DNA of 64,000 nt from Eledone cirrhosa (Eukaryota): the NCBI GenBank assembly GCA_964016885.1, contig OZ024757.1, forward strand, positions 11,222,001-11,286,000, given 5' to 3'. Each line of letters begins with the position of its first letter. The first letter of the stretch is position 1. The notes beneath the pieces are model-generated. The model was not told the origin of the DNA. It ran no database searches and saw only the letters and a program-made list of their open reading frames with translations. A program made the translations under genes and the position numbers. This document shows positions 1 through 16,212 of this stretch, piece after piece.

Positions 1-840
1 TATTGCAAAATAGATTATATATACATATATATATTTATACTTTATATATATATATATATATATCTATATATATATATACTTTATATATATATATATATAA
101 TATATACTTTATATATATAATATATACTTTATATATATATACTTTATATATATATATATATATACTTTTTATATATATATATATACTTTTTATATATATA
201 TATACTTTTTATGTATATATATACTTTTTATATATATATACTTTTTATATATATATATATATAAAGTACATATATATATATACTTTATATATGTATTACT
301 TTATATATATATATTTTATATATATATATACTTTATATATATATATATATATACTTTATATATATACTTTATATATATATATATACTTTATATATACTTT
401 ATATATATATATATATATACTTTACATATATACGTTATATATATATACTTTATATATATACGTTATATATATACGTTATATATATATATATATACTTTAT
501 ATATACTTTATATATACTTTATATATATACTTTATATATATATATACTTTATATATATATACTTTATATATATATATATATATATATACTTTATATATAT
601 ATATATATATATATACTTTATATATATATATATATATATATACTTTATATATATATATACTTTATATATATATATACTTTATATATATATATACTTCATA
701 TATATATATACTTTATATATATATATTATATATATATATATATATACTTTATAGTAATAATAATAAAATTGAAGACTAAAATCCAAAGAGGGCTAGATAA
801 AGAAAATATATATCAAATATATAAGAACCGAAGAGCAATA

Positions 841-950
841 TAACAGATTAAAGTTTAAGCAAAGAATCGCTGCTTTCACCCTTAACGGGATCTTCAAGAT
901 CCTGTTAAGGGTGAAAGCAGCGATTCTTTGCTTAAACTTTAATCTGTTAT
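841..950. repeat. Module A foldback palindrome (~55 bp arms) centred on GGATCTT-C-AAGATCC; copies near 3232, 7970, 12746
   Basis: taacagattaaagtttaagcaaagaatcgctgctttcacccttaac is followed by its reverse complement gttaagggtgaaagcagcgattctttgcttaaactttaatctgtta. Confidence 0.9.
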
Positions 951-1019
951 TAATAAATATATATACTTTATATATATATATATATATAAAGTATATATAT
1001 ATACTTTATATATATATAT

Positions 1020-1051
<32 letters not shown>

Positions 1052-1231
1052 CTTCATTAAAATAATAGATTAAAGTTTAATCTGTTATTTTAATAAACAT
1101 TTGCTCTACGGTTCTTATATATTTGATATATATTTATCTTTATCGAGCCCTCTTTGGATTTTAGTCTTCAAATGTATTATTATTACTATATATATACTTT
1201 ATATATATATATATTTTATATATATATACAT

Positions 1232-1268
<37 letters not shown>

Positions 1269-1501
1269 TTTATATATATATATACTTTATATATATATAC
1301 ATACTTTATATATATATATATACTTCATATATATATATATACTTTATATATATATATATATATATTAGAAAGTGAGGTTTTTTTTGCAAAATGAAAAATA
1401 ACCGAGGTGTCCTACACGAGTGAAAGTATAAAGAAAAAGAGATGAAATCGAAAATGCAACTGGAGTCTTATTTTTTTTAAAATATATATATTTATTTGGT
1501 T

Positions 1502-1539
1502 CCTTTACCGGTTTCACAGTTCTTCTGATTTTCAAAAGG
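1502..1539 (-). ncRNA. Minimal type I hammerhead ribozyme motif, U3-A8 core (module C); copies at 4084, 5778, 8624, 10512, 13398, 15284, 63412
   Basis: Minus strand CCTT-TTGAAAA-tCAG aagaa CTGt-GAAAC-CG-GTA-AAGG: stem I CCTT/AAGG, palindromic ACCGGT at stem III, GUA cleavage triplet. Confidence 0.7.
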
Positions 1540-1565
1540 TGAGTTTTTCTCACATATATATATAT

Positions 1566-1606
<41 letters not shown>

Positions 1607-1950
1607 TTTATATATATATACACACTTTATATATATATATATATATACACACTTTATATATACATATATATATATACACTATATATATATATACACTTTA
1701 CATATATATATATACACTTTATATATATATATATATATACACTATATATATATATATAATTTATATATACTTTATATATATATATATATATATATATTAG
1801 GATTGGAGCTTGGAAATAGCAATATATATATGAATGTATATATAATGTATTTTGCAATACACTTTATGCTTAATTAAAAGCATTTTGAAGACCGTATGCT
1901 ATTGTTTTAGTGTAGTGACTAACTGACTTACTTTATTCTCAGCAAACAAG

Positions 1951-2013
1951 GGGAGATAAGCCGACAAGGCCTTGTTTCGCATTTATTGATGCTTATCAAG
2001 GCTAACAACTCCC
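1951..2013 (-). ncRNA. Type I hammerhead ribozyme motif, U3-A8 core (module B, inverted copy); also ~4535, ~9099, ~13871
   Basis: Minus strand GGGAG..AGCC-TTGATAA-GCAT caataa ATGC-GAAAC-AAGGCCTT-GTC-GGCT..CTCCC. Confidence 0.8.
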
Positions 2014-2241
2014 TCCTGTCATACTCTAAAACAATAGCATACGGTCTTCAAAATGCTTTTAATTAAGCATAAAGTGTATTGCAAAATACATTATATATAC
2101 ATTCATATATATATTGCTATTTCAGAGCTCCAATTCTAATTTTTTATTTCTGCCTGACCGGCAACCGCTCTGTGTAATCAGTTCCTGATTATTTACTAGA
2201 ATTCTATAAGAATATAACATCAGTGATCACAGTAGACAGGA

Positions 2242-2304
2242 GGGAGTAGTTAGACTTGATAAGCATCAATAAATGCGAAACAAGGCCTCGTCGGCTTATC
2301 TCCC
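2242..2304 (+). ncRNA. Type I hammerhead ribozyme motif, U3-A8 core (module B, direct copy); also ~4828, ~9390, ~14162
   Basis: gggagtagttagac-TTGATAA-GCAT caataa ATGC-GAAAC-aaggcctc-GTC-ggcttatctccc, with one stem I mismatch. Confidence 0.72.
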
Positions 2305-3618
2305 CTTGTTTGATGAGATTAAAGTAAGTGAGTTTGTCACTACTCTAAAACAATAGCATACGGTCTTCAAAATGCTTTTAATTAAGCATAAAGTTTATTG
2401 CAAAATAGATTATATATACATATATATATTTATACTTTATATATATATATATATATCTATATATATATATACTTTATATATATATATATATAATATATAC
2501 TTTATATATATAATATATACTTTATATATATATACTTTATATATATATATATATATATACTTTTTATATATATATATATATACTTTTTATATATATATAT
2601 ACTTTTTATATATATATATACTTTTTATGTATATATATACTTTTTATATATATATACTTTTTATATATATATATATATAAAGTACATATATATATATACT
2701 TTATATATATACTTTATATATGTATTACTTTATATATATATATTTTATATATATATATACTTTATATATATATATATATACTTTATATATATACTTTATA
2801 TATATATATATACTTTATATATACTTTATATATATATATATATATAATTTACATATATACGTTATATATATATACTTTATATATATACGTTATATATATA
2901 CGTTATATATATATATATATACTTTATATATACTTTATATATATACTTTATATATATATATACTTTATATATATATATACTTTATATATATATATATATA
3001 TATATACTTTATATATATATATATATATATATACTTTATATATATATATACTGTATATATATATATACTTTATATATATATATACTTCATATATATATAT
3101 ACTTTATATATATATATTATATATATATATATATATACTTTATAGTAATAATAATAAAATTGAAGACTAAAATCCAAAGAGGGCTAGATAAAGAAAATAT
3201 ATATCAAATATATAAGAACCGAAGAGCAATATAACAGATTAAAGTTTAAGCAAAGAATCGCTGCTTTCACCCTTAACGGGATCTTCAAGATCCTGTTAAG
3301 GGTGAAAGCAGCGATTCTTTGCTTAAACTTTAATCTGTTATTAATAAATATATATACTTTATATATATATATATATATATACAGTATATATATATACTTT
3401 ATATATATATATACTTTATATATATATATATATATATACTTCATTAAAATAATAGATTAAAGTTTAATCTGTTATTTTAATAAACATTTGCTCTACGGTT
3501 CTTATATATTTGATATATATTTATCTTTATCGAGCCCTCTTTGGATTTTAGTCTTCAAATGTATTATTATTACTATATATATACTTTATATATATATATA
3601 TTTTATATATATATACAT

Positions 3619-3782
<164 letters not shown>

Positions 3783-3805
3783 TTTATATATATATATATA
3801 TATAT

Positions 3806-3848
<43 letters not shown>

Positions 3849-4147
3849 TTTATATATATATATACTTTATATATATATACATACTTTATATATATATATA
3901 TACTTCATATATATATATATACTTTATATATATATATATATATATATTAGAAAGTGAGGTTTTTTTTGCAAAATGAAAAATAACCGAGGTGTCCTACACG
4001 AGTGAAAGTATAAAGAAAAAGAGATGAAATCGAAAATGCAACTGGAGTCTTATTTTTTTTTAAATATATATATTTATTTGGTTCCTTTACCGGTTTCACA
4101 GTTCTTCTGATTTTCAAAAGGTGAGTTTTTCTCACATATATATATAT

Positions 4148-4190
<43 letters not shown>

Positions 4191-5531
4191 TTTATATATA
4201 TATACACACTTTATATATATATATATATACACACTTTATATATACATATATATATATACACTATATATATATATATATACACTTTACATATATATATATA
4301 CACTTTATATATATATATATATATACACTATATATATATATATAATTTATATATACTTTATATATATATATATATATATATTAGAATTGGAGCTTGGAAA
4401 TAGCAATATATATATGAATGTATATATAATGTATTTTGCAATACACTTTATGCTTAATTAAAAGCATTTTGAAGACCGTATGCTATTGTTTTAGTGTAGT
4501 GACTAACTGACTTACTTTATTCTCAGCAAACAAGGGGAGATAAGCCGACAAGGCCTTGTTTCGCATTTATTGATGCTTATCAAGCCTAACAACTCCCTCC
4601 TGTCACTACTCTAAAACAATAGCATACGGTCTTCAAAATGCTTTTAATTAAGCATAAAGTGTATTGCAAAATACATTATATATACATTCATATATATATT
4701 GCTATTTCAGAGCTCCAATTCTAATTTTTAATTTCTGCCTGACCGGCAACCGCTCTGTATAATCAGTTCCTGATTATTTACTAGAATTCTATAAGAATAT
4801 AACATCAGTGATCTCAGTAGACAGGAGGGAGTAGTTAGACTTGATAAGCATCAATAAATGCGAAACAAGGCCTCGTCGGCTTATCTCCCCTTGTTTGCTG
4901 AGATTAAAGTAAGTGAGTTTGTCACTACTCTAAAACAATAGCATACGGTCTTCAAAATGCTCTTAATTAAGCATGAAGTGTATTGCAAAATAGATTATAT
5001 ATACTTTATATATATATATATAATATATACTTTATATATATAATATATACTTTATATATATATACTTTATATATATATATATATATATACTTTTTATATA
5101 TATATATATATACTTTTTATATATATATATACTTTTTATGTATATATATACTTTTTATATATATATACTTTATATATATATATACTTTATATATATATAT
5201 ATATATATATAAAGTACATATATATATATATACTTTATATATATACTTTATATATGTATTACTTTATATATATATATTTTATATATATATATACTTTATA
5301 TATATATATATATATACTTTATATATATACTTTATATATATATATATACTTTATATAAACTTTATATATATATATATATACTTTACATATATACGTTATA
5401 TATATATACTTTATATATATACGTTATATATATATATATATACTTTATATATATATATATATACTTTATATATATATATACTTGATATATATATATATAA
5501 TTTATATATGTATATATATATACTTTATGTA

Positions 5532-5562
<31 letters not shown>

Positions 5563-5602
5563 CTTATATATAGATATACATTATATATATATATATATAT
5601 AT

Positions 5603-5647
<45 letters not shown>

Positions 5648-6347
5648 GTGAGGTTTTTTTTACAAGATCAAAAATAACCGAGGTGTCCTACACGAGTAAA
5701 AGTATAAAGAAAAAGAGATGAAATCGAAAATGCAACTGGAGTCTTATTTTATTTTAAATATATATATTTATTTGGTTCCTTTACTGGTTTCGCAGTTCTT
5801 CTGATTTTCAAAAGGTGAGTTGAGATGGAGGGTCTGTGATTTTTCTCACATATATATATATACTTTATATATATATATATATATATATATACTTTTTGTA
5901 TGTATGTATGTGTATGTATGTATATATATGTGTGAAGGTATGTGTTTGTGTGTGGGTGTGTATGTATGTGCATGTATGTGTGTGCACATGTATGTGTATG
6001 TATAGTATATTTTACTTGAAAAAGACATATGTACATGTAGGTGTGTATATGTATATATATATATGTATACATATTTATATGTATATATGTGTGTATTTAT
6101 ATGTATATATGTATGTGTATGCGCACGTGTGTATGTGTAGAGATATATATATATGTGTGTGTATGTGTATGCATGTGTGTGTGTATATTTGTGTGTTTGT
6201 GTTTTTCTTGTGTATATATGTATATATGTGTGTATGTATGTGTGTGTGTGTGTATGTGTATATGCACACACATATATATGTGTGTGTGTGTATATATATA
6301 TATATATGTGTGTGTGTGTGAATGTGTAGGTGTGCACACGCACACAT

Positions 6348-6386
<39 letters not shown>

Positions 6387-6941
6387 GGTATATATGTGAG
6401 TGTAAGTGTTTATATATGTGTGTGTATATATATGTGTGTGTAAGTGTTTTTGTATGTGGTTGTGAGTATGTAAACATATTTTATTTATTGCTTCCATCCT
6501 ACAAAAACACTCTGGCCACCTGTGGCTTGTATGTTAACTTGACCACTCACCCCAGTCTGTGCCATGATTCAGTCTTGTTAAATGTTTAATTTCTATTACC
6601 AACCCACCTAAATTTCCCTACTACATATCTGTTAAATTACTGTTCATGGGGTTTTATTTATCTATTTTTTAATTTATTTTTCATATATTTTCATTTTATT
6701 TATTTATTCCTTTATCTATTTATTCATTTATTTATTTATTTATTTACTTTTTTATTTATTTACTTATTTATTTATTTCAAAAAAGCACTCTGGCTAATTG
6801 ACCACTCCCTAAAGAAAAAACGCCTGTGCCAGGAAGTGGTCCTGTGTATCTAAATACCATCTCTCCCCCCAACCCCCCCTTCTACCACCCCTCCCTTACC
6901 ACTACCTAAATGTATAAATACCAGAACTTAATTTGACACCC

Positions 6942-6992
6942 AGCTTCCTGAAGATTTCGTCTGAATGAAACAGTACTAGTCTTGTAGAAGCT
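6942..6992 (+). ncRNA. Type I hammerhead ribozyme motif (module D)
   Basis: AGCTTC-CTGAAGA-tTTC gtct GAAt-GAAAC-agtactagtctt-GTA-GAAGCT: 6 bp stem I, canonical core, ACTAGT palindrome in the stem III loop. Confidence 0.82.
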
Positions 6993-8343
6993 CCTTCTAT
7001 GAAAAAAAATAAAAAAAATAAAAATATATATATATATATATATACTTTATATATATATATAATATATACTTTATATATATATACTTTATATATATATATA
7101 TATACACTTTTTATATATATATATAATTTTTAGATATATATATACTTTTTATATATATATACTTTTAATATATATATACTTTTTATATATATATATATAT
7201 ATACTTTATATATATATATATAAAGTATATATATATATATATAAAGTACATATATATATATACTTTCTATATATATATACTTTATATATGTATTACTTTA
7301 TATATATATACTTTATATATATATATACTTTATATATATATACTTTATATATATATACTTCATATATATACTTTATATATATATATATATATACTTTATA
7401 TATACTTTATATATATATATATATACTTTACATTTATACGTTATATATATATATATATATACTTTATATATATACGTTATATATATATGTATACTTTATA
7501 TATATACTTTATATATATATATACTTTATATATATATATATAGATATATAATTGATATATATACGTTATATATATATATATATACTTGATATATATACTT
7601 TATTAAAATAACAGATTAAAGTTTAATCTGTTATTTTAATAAATATTTGCTCTACGGTTCTTATATATTTGATATTTATTTATCCTTATCGAGCCCTCTT
7701 TGAATTTTAGTCTTCAAATTTATTATTATTACTATATATATACTTTATATATATATATTTTATATATATACTTTATATATATATATACTTTATATATATA
7801 TATACTTTATATATATATATACTTCATATATATATATACTTTATATATATATATTATATATATATATATATATACTTTATAGTAATAATAATAAAATTGA
7901 AGACTAAAATCCAAAGAGGGCTAGATAAAGAAAATATATATCAAATATATAAGAACCGAAGAGCAATATAACAGATTAAAGTTTAAGCAAAGAATCGCTG
8001 CTTTCACCCTTAACGGGATCTTCAAGATCCTGTTAAGGGTGAAAGCAGCGATTCTTTGCTTAAACTTTAATCTGTTATTAATAAATATATATACTTTATA
8101 TATATATATATACAGTATATATATATACTTTATATATATATATACTTTATATATATATATATACTTCATTAAAATAATAGATTAAAGTTTAATCTGTTAT
8201 TTTAATAAACATTTACTCTACGGTTCTTATATATTTGATATATATTTATCCTTATCGAGCCCTCTTTGGATTTTAGTCTTCAAATGTATTATTATTACTA
8301 TATATATACTTTATATATATATATATTTTAAATATATATACAT

Positions 8344-8388
<45 letters not shown>

Positions 8389-8687
8389 TTTATATATATA
8401 TATACTTTATATATAAATACATACTTTATATATATATATATACTTCATATATATATATATATACTTTATATATATATATATATTTATTAGAAAGTGAGGT
8501 TTTTTTTGCAAAATGAAAAATAACCGAGGTGTCCTACACGAGTGAAAGTATAAAGAAAAAGAGATGAAATCGAAAATGCAACTGGAGTCTTATTTTTTTT
8601 TAAATATATATATTTATTTGGTTCCTTTACCGGTTTCGCAGTTCTTCTGATTTTCAAAAGGTGAGTTTTTCTCACATATATATATAT

Positions 8688-8736
<49 letters not shown>

Positions 8737-9558
8737 TTTATATATATATACACACTTTATATATATATATATATACACACTTTATATATACATATATATA
8801 TATATACACTATATATATATACACTTTACATATATATATATACACTTTATATATATATATATATATACACTATATATATATATATAATTTATATATACTT
8901 TATATATATATATATACTTTATATATATATATATATATATATATTAGAATTGGAGCTTGGAAATAGCAATATATATATGAATGTATATATAATGTATTTT
9001 GCAATACACTTTATGCTTAATTAAAAGCATTTTGAAGACCGTATGCTATTGTTTTAGTGTAGTGACTAACTGACTTACTTTATTCTCAGCAAACAAGGGG
9101 AGATAAGCCGACAAGGCCTTGTTTCGCATTTATTGATGCTTATCAAGGCTAACAACTCCCTCCTGTCACTACTCTAAAACAATAGCATACGGTCTTCAAA
9201 ATGCTTTTAATTAAGCATAAAGTGTATTGCAAAATACATTATATATACATTCATATATATATTGCTATTTCAGAGCTCCAATTCTAATTTTTAATTTCTG
9301 CCTGACCGGCAACCGCTCTGTATAATCAGTTCCTGATTATTTACTACAATTCTATAAGAATATAACATCAGTGATCACAGTAGACAGGAGGGAGTAGTTA
9401 GACTTGATAAGCATCAATAAATGCGAAACAAGGCCTCGTCGGCTTATCTCCCCTTGTTTGCTGAGATTAAAGTAAGTGAGTTTGTCACTACTCTAAAACA
9501 ATAGCATACGGTCTTCAAAATGCTCTTAATTAAGCATGAAGTGTATTGCAAAATAGAT

Positions 9559-9594
<36 letters not shown>

Positions 9595-10263
9595 TTATAT
9601 ATATATATATATATATACTTTATATATATATATATATAATATATACTTTATATATATAATATATACTTTATATATATATACTTTATATATATATATATAT
9701 ATACTTTTTATATATATATATATATACTTTTTATATATATATATACTTTTTATGTATATATATACTTTTTATATATATATACTTTATATATATATATATA
9801 TACTTTATATATATATATATAAAGTACATATATATATATACTTTATATATATACTTTATATATGTATTACTTTATATATATATATTTTATATATATATAT
9901 ACTTAATATGTATATATATATACTTTATATATATACTTTATATATATATATATACTTTATATAAACTTTATATATATATATATACTTTACATATATACGT
10001 TATATATATATACTTTATATATATACGTTATATATATATATATACTTTACATATATACGTTATATATATATACTTTATATATATACGTTATATATATATA
10101 TATATACTTTATATATATACTTTATATATATACTTTATATATATATATACTTTATATATATATATATATAGATATATACTTGATATATATACGTTATATA
10201 TATATATATATACTTGATATATATATATATAATTTATATATGTATATATATATACTTTATATA

Positions 10264-10296
<33 letters not shown>

Positions 10297-10336
10297 CTTA
10301 TATATAGATATACATTATATATATATATATATATAT

Positions 10337-10381
<45 letters not shown>

Positions 10382-10595
10382 GTGAGCTTTTTTTTACAAG
10401 ATCAAAAATAACCGAGGTGTCCTACACGAGTAAAAGTATAAAGAAAAAGAGATGAAATCGAAAATGCAACTGGAGTCTTATTTTATTTTAAATATATATA
10501 TTTATTTGGTTCCTTTACTGGTTTCGCAGTTCTTCTGATTTTCAAAAGGTGAGTTGAGATGGAGGGTCTGTGATTTTTCTCACATATATATATAT

Positions 10596-10675
<80 letters not shown>

Positions 10676-11138
10676 TTTTTGTATGTATGTATGTGTATGT
10701 ATGTATATATATGTGTGAAGGTATGTGTTTGTGTGTGGGTGTGTATGTATGTGCATGTATGTGTGTGCACATGTATGTATGTGTATGTATAGTATATTTT
10801 ACTTGAAAAAGACATATGTACATGTAGGTGTGTATATGTATATATATATATGTATACATATATATGTATATATGTGTGTATTTATATGTATATATGTATG
10901 TGTATGCGCACGTGTGTATGTGTAGAGATATATATATATGTGTGTGTATGTGTATGCGTGTGTGTGTGTATATTTGTGTGTTTGTGTTTTTCTTGTGTAT
11001 ATATGTATATATGTGTGTATGTATGTGTGTGTGTGTGTATGTGTATACGCACACAAATATATATGTGTGTGTATATATAGATATATATATATATGTGTGT
11101 GTGTGTGTGAATGTGTAGGTGTGCACACGCACACATAC

Positions 11139-11171
<33 letters not shown>

Positions 11172-11726
11172 GGTATATATGTGAGTGTAAGTGTTTATAT
11201 ATGTGTGTGTATATATATGTGTGTGTAAGTGTTTTTGTATGTGGTTGTGAGTATGTAAACATATTTTATTTATTGCTTCCATCCTACAAAAACACTCTGG
11301 CCACCTGTGGCTTGTATGTTAACTTGACCACTCACCCCAGTCTGTGCCATGATTCAGTCTTGTTAAATGTTTAATTTCTATTACCAACCCACCTAAATTT
11401 CCCTACTACATATCTGTTAAATTACTGTTCATGGGGTTTTATTTATCTATTTTTTAATTTATTTTTCATATATTTTCATTTTATTTATTTATTCCTTTAT
11501 CTATTTATTCATTTATTTATTTATTTATTTACTTTTTTATTTATTTACTTATTTATTTATTTCAAAAAAGCACTCTGGCTAATTGACCACTCCCTAAAGA
11601 AAAAACGCCTGTGCCAGGAAGTGGTCCTGTGTATCTAAATACCATCTCTCCCCCCAACCCCCCCTTCTACCACCCCTCCCTTACCACTACCTAAATGTAT
11701 AAATACCAGAACTTAATTTGACACCC

Positions 11727-11777
11727 AGCTTCCTGAAGATTTCGTCTGAATGAAACAGTACTAGTCTTGTAGAAGCT
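11727..11777 (+). ncRNA. Type I hammerhead ribozyme motif (module D, second copy)
   Basis: Same sequence as 6942-6992. Confidence 0.82.
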
Positions 11778-12619
11778 CCTTCTATGAAAAAAAATAAAAA
11801 AAATAAAAATATATATATATATATATATACTTTATATATATATATAATATATACTTTATATATATATACTTTATATATATATATATATACACTTTTTATA
11901 TATATATATAATTTTTAGATATATATATACTTTTTATATATATATACTTTTAATATATATATACTTTTTATATATATATATATATATACTTTATATATAT
12001 ATATATAAAGTATATATATATATATATATAAAGTACATATATATATATACTTTCTATATATATATACTTTATATATGTATTACTTTATATATATATACTT
12101 TATATATATATATACTTTATATATATATACTTTATATATATATACTTCATATATATACTTTATATATATATATATATATACTTTATATATACTTTATATA
12201 TATATATATATACTTTACATTTATACGTTATATATATATATATATATACTTTATATATATATGTATACTTTATATATATACTTTATATATATATATACTT
12301 TATATATATATATATAGATATATAATTGATATATATACGTTATATATATATATATATACTTGATATATATACTTTATTAAAATAACAGATTAAAGTTTAA
12401 TCTGTTATTTTAATAAATATTTGCTCTACGGTTCTTATATATTTGATATTTATTTATCCTTATCGAGCCCTCTTTGAATTTTAGTCTTCAAATTTATTAT
12501 TATTACTATATATATACTTTATATATATATATTTTATATATATACTTTATATATATATATACTTTATATATATATATACTTTATATATATATATACTTCA
12601 TATATATATATACTTTATA

Positions 12620-12650
<31 letters not shown>

Positions 12651-13119
12651 CTTTATAGTAATAATAATAAAATTGAAGACTAAAATCCAAAGAGGGCTAG
12701 ATAAAGAAAATATATATCAAATATATAAGAACCGAAGAGCAATATAACAGATTAAAGTTTAAGCAAAGAATCGCTGCTTTCACCCTTAACGGGATCTTCA
12801 AGATCCTGTTAAGGGTGAAAGCAGCGATTCTTTGCTTAAACTTTAATCTGTTATTAATAAATATATATACTTTATATATATATATATACAGTATATATAT
12901 ATACTTTATATATATATATACTTTATATATATATATATACTTCATTAAAATAATAGATTAAAGTTTAATCTGTTATTTTAATAAACATTTACTCTACGGT
13001 TCTTATATATTTGATATATATTTATCCTTATCGAGCCCTCTTTGGATTTTAGTCTTCAAATGTATTATTATTACTATATATATACTTTATATATATATAT
13101 ATTTTAAATATATATACAT

Positions 13120-13164
<45 letters not shown>

Positions 13165-13461
13165 TTTATATATATATATACTTTATATATAAATACATAC
13201 TTTATATATATATATATACTTCATATATATATATATACTTTATATATATATATATATTTATTAGAAAGTGAGGTTTTTTTTGCAAAATGAAAAATAACCG
13301 AGGTGTCCTACACGAGTGAAAGTATAAAGAAAAAGAGATGAAATCGAAAATGCAACTGGAGTCTTATTTTTTTTTAAATATATATATTTATTTGGTTCCT
13401 TTACCGGTTTCGCAGTTCTTCTGATTTTCAAAAGGTGAGTTTTTCTCACATATATATATAT

Positions 13462-13508
<47 letters not shown>

Positions 13509-14330
13509 TTTATATATATATACACACTTTATATATATATATATATACACACTTTATATATACATATATATATATATACACTATATATATATACACTTTA
13601 CATATATATATATACACTTTATATATATATATATATATACACTATATATATATATATAATTTATATATACTTTATATATATATATATACTTTATATATAT
13701 ATATATATATATATATTAGAATTGGAGCTTGGAAATAGCAATATATATATGAATGTATATATAATGTATTTTGCAATACACTTTATGCTTAATTAAAAGC
13801 ATTTTGAAGACCGTATGCTATTGTTTTAGTGTAGTGACTAACTGACTTACTTTATTCTCAGCAAACAAGGGGAGATAAGCCGACAAGGCCTTGTTTCGCA
13901 TTTATTGATGCTTATCAAGGCTAACAACTCCCTCCTGTCACTACTCTAAAACAATAGCATACGGTCTTCAAAATGCTTTTAATTAAGCATAAAGTGTATT
14001 GCAAAATACATTATATATACATTCATATATATATTGCTATTTCAGAGCTCCAATTCTAATTTTTAATTTCTGCCTGACCGGCAACCGCTCTGTATAATCA
14101 GTTCCTGATTATTTACTACAATTCTATAAGAATATAACATCAGTGATCACAGTAGACAGGAGGGAGTAGTTAGACTTGATAAGCATCAATAAATGCGAAA
14201 CAAGGCCTCGTCGGCTTATCTCCCCTTGTTTGCTGAGATTAAAGTAAGTGAGTTTGTCACTACTCTAAAACAATAGCATACGGTCTTCAAAATGCTCTTA
14301 ATTAAGCATGAAGTGTATTGCAAAATAGAT

Positions 14331-14366
<36 letters not shown>

Positions 14367-15035
14367 TTATATATATATATATATATATACTTTATATATA
14401 TATATATATAATATATACTTTATATATATAATATATACTTTATATATATATACTTTATATATATATATATATATACTTTTTATATATATATATATATACT
14501 TTTTATATATATATATACTTTTTATGTATATATATACTTTTTATATATATATACTTTATATATATATATATATACTTTATATATATATATATAAAGTACA
14601 TATATATATATACTTTATATATATACTTTATATATGTATTACTTTATATATATATATTTTATATATATATATACTTAATATGTATATATATATACTTTAT
14701 ATATATACTTTATATATATATATATACTTTATATAAACTTTATATATATATATATACTTTACATATATACGTTATATATATATACTTTATATATATACGT
14801 TATATATATATATATACTTTACATATATACGTTATATATATATACTTTATATATATACGTTATATATATATATATATACTTTATATATATACTTTATATA
14901 TATACTTTATATATATATATACTTTATATATATATATATATAGATATATACTTGATATATATACGTTATATATATATATATATACTTGATATATATATAT
15001 ATAATTTATATATGTATATATATATACTTTATATA

Positions 15036-15068
<33 letters not shown>

Positions 15069-15108
15069 CTTATATATAGATATACATTATATATATATAT
15101 ATATATAT

Positions 15109-15153
<45 letters not shown>

Positions 15154-15367
15154 GTGAGCTTTTTTTTACAAGATCAAAAATAACCGAGGTGTCCTACACG
15201 AGTAAAAGTATAAAGAAAAAGAGATGAAATCGAAAATGCAACTGGAGTCTTATTTTATTTTAAATATATATATTTATTTGGTTCCTTTACTGGTTTCGCA
15301 GTTCTTCTGATTTTCAAAAGGTGAGTTGAGATGGAGGGTCTGTGATTTTTCTCACATATATATATAT

Positions 15368-15439
<72 letters not shown>

Positions 15440-15902
15440 TTTTTGTATGTATGTATGTGTATGTATGTATATATATGTGTGAAGGTATGTGTTTGTGTGT
15501 GGGTGTGTATGTATGTGCATGTATGTGTGTGCACATGTATGTATGTGTATGTATAGTATATTTTACTTGAAAAAGACATATGTACATGTAGGTGTGTATA
15601 TGTATATATATATATGTATACATATATATGTATATATGTGTGTATTTATATGTATATATGTATGTGTATGCGCACGTGTGTATGTGTAGAGATATATATA
15701 TATGTGTGTGTATGTGTATGCGTGTGTGTGTGTATATTTGTGTGTTTGTGTTTTTCTTGTGTATATATGTATATATGTGTGTATGTATGTGTGTGTGTGT
15801 GTATGTGTATACGCACACAAATATATATGTGTGTGTATATATAGATATATATATATATGTGTGTGTGTGTGTGAATGTGTAGGTGTGCACACGCACACAT
15901 AC

Positions 15903-15935
<33 letters not shown>

Positions 15936-16103
15936 GGTATATATGTGAGTGTAAGTGTTTATATATGTGTGTGTATATATATGTGTGTGTAAGTGTTTTT
16001 GTATGTGGTTGTGAGTATGTAAAAATATTTTATATATCGCTTCCATCCTACAAAAACACTCTGGCCATCTGTGGCTTGTACGTTAACTTGACTACTCACC
16101 CCA

Positions 16104-16161
16104 CTTTGATTACCTGTACAGGCAATATATTAGAATGGTGTATACATTTTTCCGAGACACC

Positions 16162-16212
<51 letters not shown>

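Noticed and set aside
1365-1553. Recurrent 62 aa ORF MRKTHLLKIRR
   Set aside because: Recurs only because module C is repeated; no protein motif, and it overlaps the HHR
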